This document shows positions 57,537 to 64,000 of a stretch of DNA of 64,000 nt, piece after piece. Position numbers and translations under genes: made by a program. Source of the stretch: an uncultured Verrucomicrobiae bacterium (GTDB lineage Bacteria; Verrucomicrobiota; Verrucomicrobiia; Limisphaerales; Palsa-1400); the NCBI GenBank assembly GCA_963702845.1, contig OY969763.1:1760001-1824000 (forward strand). The letters are read 5' to 3'. The notes under the pieces are model-generated. The model was not told where the DNA came from and searched no databases. It saw only the letters and a list, made by a program, of their open reading frames with translations. How positions within the stretch are numbered: position 1 is the first letter of the stretch; each line of letters starts with the position of its first letter.

Positions 57537-60089
57537 ATGAGATTAAGATTCTTCTCCATTACGGCACGGCTTTTTGCCGTTCTCGCTGCTTCGGCAATTT
57601 TCGCTCACGCAGAGCAAAAACCGTCGCAGGAACAAATCGAAAGCATCATCGCTCGCGTCACGGGTGAGCTGATGCAGCGCTCCCACTTCTCGCATCACCC
57701 GCTGGACGCGGAGATGTCGGCGAAGTTTTTGGACCGCTACCTCGACACGCTCGATCCGGTTCACCTGACCTTTCTTCAGAGCGATGTTCAGGACTTCGAG
57801 AAATATCGCACCACGCTCGGGCCGCTGACCAAAAAGGGCGACACCAAGCCGGCGCACGTCATTTTCGAGCGTTTTCTCCAACGCGCCGAACAGCGTAATG
57901 AACTGTCCACCAACCTGCTCGCGAAAGGTAATTTCGACTTCACCGGTCACGAAAAATTCCTGGCTAGTCGCAAAAACGCGCCCCAACCCAAGGACATGGA
58001 CGAAGCGAAAAAGATTTGGGAAGAAGAAGTGCGCTACGAATTCTTGCAGGAAAAACTTTCCGCGCCTGACATCAAATTGTCCGGTGATTTGAAGTCTGAG
58101 CCGTCGAAGTTCGTCATTACGATCACGACGAATAAAATGCATCCGCAGAATTTCGATCTGTTGCCGAAGAATTTTTACGATGCTGATGGCAAACCCGTTG
58201 CGTTCCTTCACGTTGAAGCGAATAAAACGAACGCAATCGTCGAAATTCCGAAGTTAAAAGGGGACAACCTGCAAAACTTCAAACGACCGTTCTATAGCGA
58301 AGACGGCAAAGAAATCGGTTCGATCATCTCGACGAATAAATCGACCAATTTCGTTGGCACGGTGCAGTTGAATCGCAAGAACTTCACGGACATTACGGAT
58401 ACATTGATCAAGCGCTACGGCCGGTTGATGAAGAGTTACAAGGATCTCGACCCGGATTCGGTTCTCGAACTGTATCTCGGTGCGCTCGCGCGCGCCTACG
58501 ACCCGCATTCTGAATACATGGGCCATGCCCAAACCGAGAACTTCAACATCTCGATGAAGCTTTCGCTCTTCGGCATCGGCGCCGTGCTCACCTCGGAAGA
58601 CGGTTTTTGCAAGGTCAAGGAACTCGTGCCCGGGCCTGCGATGAAGAGCAAAAAGATCAAGGCAAACGACAAAATTGTCGCTGTCGCGCAAGGTGATAAA
58701 GAAGCCGTCGATGTCATCGGTATGCGTCTCGATAAGGTGGTTGAGCAGATTCGCGGCCCGAAGGGCAGCGAAGTGCGCCTGACCATCGTTCCGTCCGATG
58801 CCCCGGATACTTCCACTCGCGAAGTGGTCACGCTCTATCGCGATCAAATCAAACTTGAAGACCAGGAAGCCAAAGCGCGTGTCTATGATACGAAGGCCGC
58901 CAATGGCAATCCCGTTCGCATTGGTGTTATTGATTTGCCATCCTTCTACGCTGACACGACGGGCGGCAAACGTTTGGCTAGCCAGGACGTCGCGTCCACC
59001 GCGACCAGCACGACGCTCGATTGCGCGCGTTTGATTCGTCGCATGAAAAAAGAGGGCGTCACCGGTATCATTCTCGACCTCCGCAAAAACGGCGGCGGTT
59101 ATCTCGAAGAAGCCATTGGTTTGACCGGGCTGTTCATCACCAAGGGGCCGGTTGTTCAGACCAAAGAACATAACGGTGAAATCGTCACTGAATCTGATCC
59201 TGATCCCGGCGTTCTTTGGGACGGTCCGTTGATCGTGCTCACGAGTCGCTTCAGCGCTTCAGCCTCGGAAATTTTGGCCGGTGCATTGCAGGATTACGAC
59301 CGTGCGTTGATCGTCGGTGAAAAATCGACCTTTGGCAAAGGCACTGTGCAAACGCTCGCCGGGCTGGCTAATTATATTGATTCGAGCCGCCTGCCCAAGG
59401 ATTACGATCCCGGCACGCTGCGCCTGACCATCCGCAAGTTCTATCGCGCGGGCGGTTCCTCGACGCAGCTGAAAGGCGTCGTTTCCGACATCGCGATGCC
59501 ATCCGTTCACGACGAATGGGAAGTTGGCGAAGGTTCGATGGAAAACGCGCTGCCCTGGGATGAAGTGCCCAGCGCCGATCCAGATAATCTCCGTCGCGTG
59601 AAGCCATACGTCACTGCCTTGCGCGAACACTCGCAAAAGCGCGTGAACACGGAAAAAGATTTTCAATACGAACGCGATCGTATCGCCGAGTACAAGAAAA
59701 CTCAGGCCGACAAAACTGTCTCTTTGAACGAAGCTGATCGCCTCGCCGAAAAGAAGCAGCAACAGGTCAAAGAAGATGCGCGCACGAAGGAAATCGCGTC
59801 TCGCAAGAAGCCGACGGAAAAAGTTTACGAAATCACTCAGGAAAACGTAAACCTCTCGACATTGCAGCCGCCGAAATCGAAAAACAGCGACACCGCGAAA
59901 AACGACAGTCCCACTCCCGCTCCCACGACCAGCGCTGCTGCCACCGATGAGGACGCGCCTGACGTCGGCGAAGAAGCCGTGGCCAACGAAGCCCGCTTGC
60001 GCGAGGCAAAGAACATCCTGATCGATTACATTTCGATGTTGAAGAAGGCCGACTCAGTCGTTGCGCACGAAGCTACGACTGCGAAGTAA
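57537..60089 (+). CDS. prc: Carboxy-terminal processing protease (tail-specific protease, S41)
   Basis: LDPVHLTFL, YDPHSEY, GIGA (PDZ), IRGPKGS, LDLRKNGGG, SASASEI, TFGKGTVQ, KFYRAGGSSTQLKGV. Confidence 0.92.
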   Translation: MRLRFFSITARLFAVLAASAIFAHAEQKPSQEQIESIIARVTGELMQRSHFSHHPLDAEMSAKFLDRYLDTLDPVHLTFLQSDVQDFEKYRTTLGPLTKKGDTKPAHVIFERFLQRAEQRNELSTNLLAKGNFDFTGHEKFLASRKNAPQPKDMDEAKKIWEEEVRYEFLQEKLSAPDIKLSGDLKSEPSKFVITITTNKMHPQNFDLLPKNFYDADGKPVAFLHVEANKTNAIVEIPKLKGDNLQNFKRPFYSEDGKEIGSIISTNKSTNFVGTVQLNRKNFTDITDTLIKRYGRLMKSYKDLDPDSVLELYLGALARAYDPHSEYMGHAQTENFNISMKLSLFGIGAVLTSEDGFCKVKELVPGPAMKSKKIKANDKIVAVAQGDKEAVDVIGMRLDKVVEQIRGPKGSEVRLTIVPSDAPDTSTREVVTLYRDQIKLEDQEAKARVYDTKAANGNPVRIGVIDLPSFYADTTGGKRLASQDVASTATSTTLDCARLIRRMKKEGVTGIILDLRKNGGGYLEEAIGLTGLFITKGPVVQTKEHNGEIVTESDPDPGVLWDGPLIVLTSRFSASASEILAGALQDYDRALIVGEKSTFGKGTVQTLAGLANYIDSSRLPKDYDPGTLRLTIRKFYRAGGSSTQLKGVVSDIAMPSVHDEWEVGEGSMENALPWDEVPSADPDNLRRVKPYVTALREHSQKRVNTEKDFQYERDRIAEYKKTQADKTVSLNEADRLAEKKQQQVKEDARTKEIASRKKPTEKVYEITQENVNLSTLQPPKSKNSDTAKNDSPTPAPTTSAAATDEDAPDVGEEAVANEARLREAKNILIDYISMLKKADSVVAHEATTAK

Positions 60090-61030
60090 GCAATTGTTCG
60101 CCGATGCGGATGGGGTTGCCCTGAAGAAATTCAGCGGCACCCATCTGCCGGCCGCCTTCGCGTTGTAACCTGACAATGCGCAAAGCGTCCGCTCCACACG
60201 CGACGGTGATTCCTGAATTGTCAGCCGCGAGCACGGCCCCGGGTTTGCCTTGAGCATCCGCGACCTCCGCTTGCCAGACTTTTAACAGGCGTGCCTTGTC
60301 GTTGGTTTTTTGGAAAGTGAAAGCTCCCGGCCACGGCGTGAATGCGCGAATTCGGTTTTGCAACACGCGAGCGGGTTGCGTCCAATCAAGCTGGCCGTCT
60401 TCCTTTTTGATTTTTTTAACATGCGTCGCATTGAGCGTGATCTTGCGCGCGCGCCTGGATTTTTCCCGCCGCAAAATCAATCAAGGTCGGTAGTAAAAAC
60501 TCCGCGCCGACAATCGCCAACTTATCGTGCAACGTCGCCGCGTCGTCATCGGCCTCAATGGGGATCGCGCCCTGGCTGATAATCGGCCCGGTATCCAACC
60601 CTTCATCCATCTGCATGATCGTGACGCCAGTTTCAGGATCGCCATTGAGCAACGCCGCCTGGATCGGGGCCGCGCCGCGGTATTTTGGCAGCAACGACGT
60701 GTGAACGTTAATACAACCAAACTTCGGCGTGTCCAAAATGGCACGTGGCAATATTTGGCCGTAGGCAATGACCACGATGTAATCCGGCGCGAACTGTTTG
60801 AGTTGTTCGATGAACTGCGGTTCGCGAGCGCGTTCCGGTTGCAGCACAGGAATGTTGGATGCCAGTGCGAGTTTCTTCACTTCGGACTGTTGCAGCTTGA
60901 GGTCCCGTCCTTTCGGTCGATCTGGCTGCGTGACGACCGCTTGCACGACAAATTCCGGCGAATTCAGCAACGCCTGCAAACTGGCGCAAGCCAGTTCGGC
61001 GGTTCCCATGAAAATGACGCGCAAAGGCAT
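60073..61030 (-). CDS. fmt: Methionyl-tRNA formyltransferase, one frameshift near 60430
   Basis: IFMGT, VVTQPDRPKGR, NVHTSLLPKYRGAAPIQ, MDEGLDTG; continues in a second frame ATHVKKIKKEDGQLDW...RAFTPWPGA. Confidence 0.93.
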
Positions 61031-61034
61031 GAAG

Positions 61035-61110
61035 CAGTATTGAGTATTCAGTATCCAGTTTTCAGTAAAGCGCAGTTATGAACTGATTACTGATCGCTTA
61101 AAACTACTGG
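61035..61110. repeat. Heptamer tandem repeats with a partial inverted counterpart
   Basis: cagtatt/gagtatt/cagtatc/cagtttt/cagtaaa ... actgatt/actgatc. Confidence 0.6.
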
Positions 61111-61304
61111 ATGGTCACAGCCGGTCGCTCTTGCGACACAGTCCGTTCCCCGAGAGAAGTTCCGCACTTGCGGCAAAGATATTCGTAAAGTTCGCCCGTT
61201 GGCAGCAGCAACAGCAATCGTTCGCGCACCGGTTGCGAGCATTTGCATTTTGGGCAATACAGTTCGCTGGCGACGAATGATCCAAATTGTTGTCCCATAA
61301 TCAA
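61104..61304 (-). CDS. Small zinc-ribbon protein
   Basis: CPKC...CRKC; lies between adk and fmt. Confidence 0.7.
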   Translation of the reverse strand: MIMGQQFGSFVASELYCPKCKCSQPVRERLLLLLPTGELYEYLCRKCGTSLGERTVSQERPAVTIQ

Positions 61305-61326
61305 TTTTCCCCGCGCTTCAAGAACG

Positions 61327-61908
61327 TTACACCGTTGCCAAAATTCGCAAGATGTCGCGCAATACGTTGATCGGCGATTGCGTCGAATCGATCGTGTGCA
61401 TCAGTTCTTTGCCGTAGAACTCCAACACCGGCTTGGTCGTCTGGTCGTAGGTGTCGAGCCGCTGGCGGATGATGTCCATATTCGCATCATCAAGCCGGTT
61501 CTCGCTCAAGGCGCGACGCTGAATGCGTTCCACCAGCTTGCTCAGGTCGGGGCAGCTCAAATAGAACAACGCTTTGACATCAATTGTGTCCTTGAGCATT
61601 TCAGCTTGATGGACATTTCGCGGAATGCCGTCGAGCACCATCGTATCGAATTCGCGACTGAAACGGCCGACACTTTCGGCGTTGTCGATGGTGTGCTGCC
61701 AAAGTCTTATCGTGTGCTCATCGGGCACCAGCTGGCCTTTGCTGGAATATTGGAGAAAGATTTTTCCCAGGGCGCTTTCCGACCTGACGTTCCGGAACAC
61801 TTCGCCACAGGAGAAATGGTAAAAGCGGGGAATGGTGCCGAGGATTTTGCCCTGCGTGCCTTTGCCTGAGCCTGGCGCGCCAAATAGAAGCACTGTGCGA
61901 TATTTCAT
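61327..61908 (-). CDS. adk: Adenylate kinase (short-LID type)
   Basis: LFGAPGSGKGTQ, GQLVPD, LDGIPRN, RLDD. Confidence 0.9.
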   Translation of the reverse strand: MKYRTVLLFGAPGSGKGTQGKILGTIPRFYHFSCGEVFRNVRSESALGKIFLQYSSKGQLVPDEHTIRLWQHTIDNAESVGRFSREFDTMVLDGIPRNVHQAEMLKDTIDVKALFYLSCPDLSKLVERIQRRALSENRLDDANMDIIRQRLDTYDQTTKPVLEFYGKELMHTIDSTQSPINVLRDILRILATV

Positions 61909-61942
61909 AACATCAGCTCGAACCTTGCCGTTGTATTTTTAA

Positions 61943-62995
61943 TTAAGCAAAGTTTTTGTGTCGGATCTGCACTTCGAACACGTCGTTAAAGGAATCACTT
62001 CGTTCGCCGTAGCCTCGGCCTTGAACGTCTGCAGCGTGAATTCGTTGGCATTGATATTCACGATTCGACGTCCCGAAAAATCGCCTCGCGCCGACTTGAT
62101 AAAAACAACCATGTCTTTGTCGGCTTCACTCGGGACTAACCTGAAAAAGCTCGCCAGCTTGGTTTCAAAAAACCGGCGGTTGAAAGAAAACTCACCGCGT
62201 TTGAAAACGATCGGCTGCAGGAATTGGTGCTGCCGCCGGGGCCGCGCGGTTGTTCATGCGCAAGGTGCAGAGCGGAATGTGCGACGCCGGACGGTGGCGC
62301 CAATGGATCTGAAACGTCTTGCGCAGCTGCGTCGCCAACCGGTGCTGGTTCAGGGTGTGGATGCGCGACTGCTTCCGCCGTGGAATCACCAGAAGTATGC
62401 GGCACCCGGCTGGTGCTTGCTCGACTTGCAGATTCGTCGGCATCGCGAGGAATATAATCGGACTCAACACTCCCAAAAATGGAACGGCCGCCAGCCCGCA
62501 CACCAGGCCCACCGGTTGATTGCGGAAAATCGCCACTTCAAACGCGGCAAAAATCGTCGCGCAATACAGCACGAAGAACAGGAACAATCCAATGCGGAGT
62601 CGAGAATAACGCGCGGAAGCCGATATTTTGCGTCGGTCGGGTCGCTTTGGGCGGTTCCTTGATGTGCTGGTTCATGTCGTCGATGCGCTGCTCGCGTTGC
62701 TTGGCTTTCGCATCGGCAGGCTGCTCGATCATCGGTTCGATAGAATGGCTTCGCCTTCTCAGGCGCGTGGCGGCCAGGATTGCTTGCAGACTATCCTGGC
62801 TGAATTTTCCCATCCAATGATGCTGGCGGGTCGCGCCGCTGTCGGGACTTAAACACGACGCCATTGGCATTCGCCGTATCCCAACTTAAATCCCCGGAAA
62901 TTTGCGTGCTGTCCGATCAGCGTGTAGGTGGCCCCGAAGGTCGCGCTGGAAAACAACGCGAGCCAGCAAAGCACAATGAGCGAAAACCTCGACAT
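61943..62995 (-). CDS. Hypothetical exported/membrane protein, fragmented by several frameshifts
   Basis: Signal peptide MSRFSLIVLCWLALFSSATFG; TM segment LYCATIFAAFEVAIFRNQP; C-term FKRGEFSFNRRFFETK...; pieces lie in different frames. Confidence 0.55.
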
Positions 62996-63024
62996 TCAGT
63001 GGACTTGGATAACAGACAGCGATT

Positions 63025-64000
63025 TTACAATGAAAGCACTTTTCGACCTAACTCACTTATCAGGTCTTCTACTGTCCAGTTTGAGCGTTGCCTGTGAAAG
63101 CCGATCGGCGGCTGCGCCATGTTCAAATACGGCGTAACGCATGCGTCGTGAGCGGATCCCGTTGCAACTCCGGTTGCGCGAGCAAGCCCGTGATAAATCC
63201 CGCCAACGCATCGCCGCTGCCGCCTTGCGCCAGGTACGCGTTGCCGCTGCTATTTATATAAAGGGCACCGTCGCTGCGCCCGACCAACGTCTGATGGCCT
63301 TTCAACACGACGAAGCAATCGTGAAACCTCCGGGATAATTCGCGCAACGCCCCAATGCGATCGGACTGCACCGCCGCACTCGAACTGCCCAATAATCGCG
63401 CTGCTTCACCGGGATGCGGAGTCATCACCCGAACCGCTTTGCCCACGTTGGCCCCGGCGCGAGCCACGATAAAGCGCTCGCATCCGCCACAACCGGCAGC
63501 AACGACGTTTGCCAGAGGGACCGCAGAAAATCTTTGTTGCGCTGCGGAAAATCGTCCGCAGCCAAACCGGGTCCCAGAGCCGATCGCACTGGTCGTTTTC
63601 GGCAACACCGGATCTGTATCTTTAATCCACGGATGCACCATCGCCGATTGCAATTGCGACGCCACCGGCAGATAAACTGCGTCTTGCGGATAGACCGTGA
63701 CCAACCCCGGTTGCGCCCGTTGCGCTCCGTGCGCCATCAACACCGCCGCGCCGTGATACCCGACGCTCCCCGCAAACAGCGCCGCGTGGCCATACGTCCC
63801 TTTGTGCGACGCCACCTTGCGCTGCGGCGGCACATTTTTAAAATCATCGGCAATCGTCCACTGCAAATCGGATTGCGTAGGGCAGGGGACGAGTCCCACG
63901 CCGTGCGCGACGTCAAGTCGGCCGACAAATTCCGTCGCATCCAACATCGCCCGTTTCGGCGCGCCGACCGTCAAAGTAACTTCCGCGCGAATCGCCGCAC
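63025..64000 (-). CDS. nnr: NAD(P)H-hydrate dehydratase part of bifunctional Nnr (5' end outside window), frameshifted
   Basis: SHKGTYGH, AGSVGYHGAA, MTPHPGEAARL, VLKGHQT, LAQGGSGDALAG; C-terminus HGAAAD...WTVEDLISELG in shifted frames. Confidence 0.88.

Overview
A ~55% GC (by eye) bacterial chromosomal segment whose gene content and protein architectures suggest Verrucomicrobiota (Pedosphaera/Limisphaerales-like; inference). The housekeeping and metabolic backbone is trpD, tsaC, thyA, cysD-cysNC, gltX, tRNA-Leu(CAG), an FdhF/YdeP oxidoreductase, prc, fmt, adk and nnr. Many genes serve the cell envelope: TolC plus a GH-GT2 fusion, a giant Ig/RCC1 surface protein, two DUF6600-type proteins, three tandem secreted GH25 muramidase-lectin-propeller fusions flanked by two TMTC-like GT-C/TPR genes, a cyclic beta-1,2-glucan synthase behind a hybrid kinase, hopanoid genes hpnH/hpnJ, and an amidase. 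Three things stand out. (1) Two orphan phage Mu gp27/DUF3486-like genes each have a helically phased 10-bp repeat array upstream, and a third array locus has no such gene. (2) An integron cassette array (attI-like site, 4 attC, 5 cassettes) has no integrase in the window, and two different attC sites carry the same 39-bp insertion at the same position. (3) The GH25-lectin triplet has swapped 6- versus 7-bladed propellers. Several conserved genes (cysD, hpnJ, fmt, nnr) are frameshifted, most likely from long-read assembly indels.
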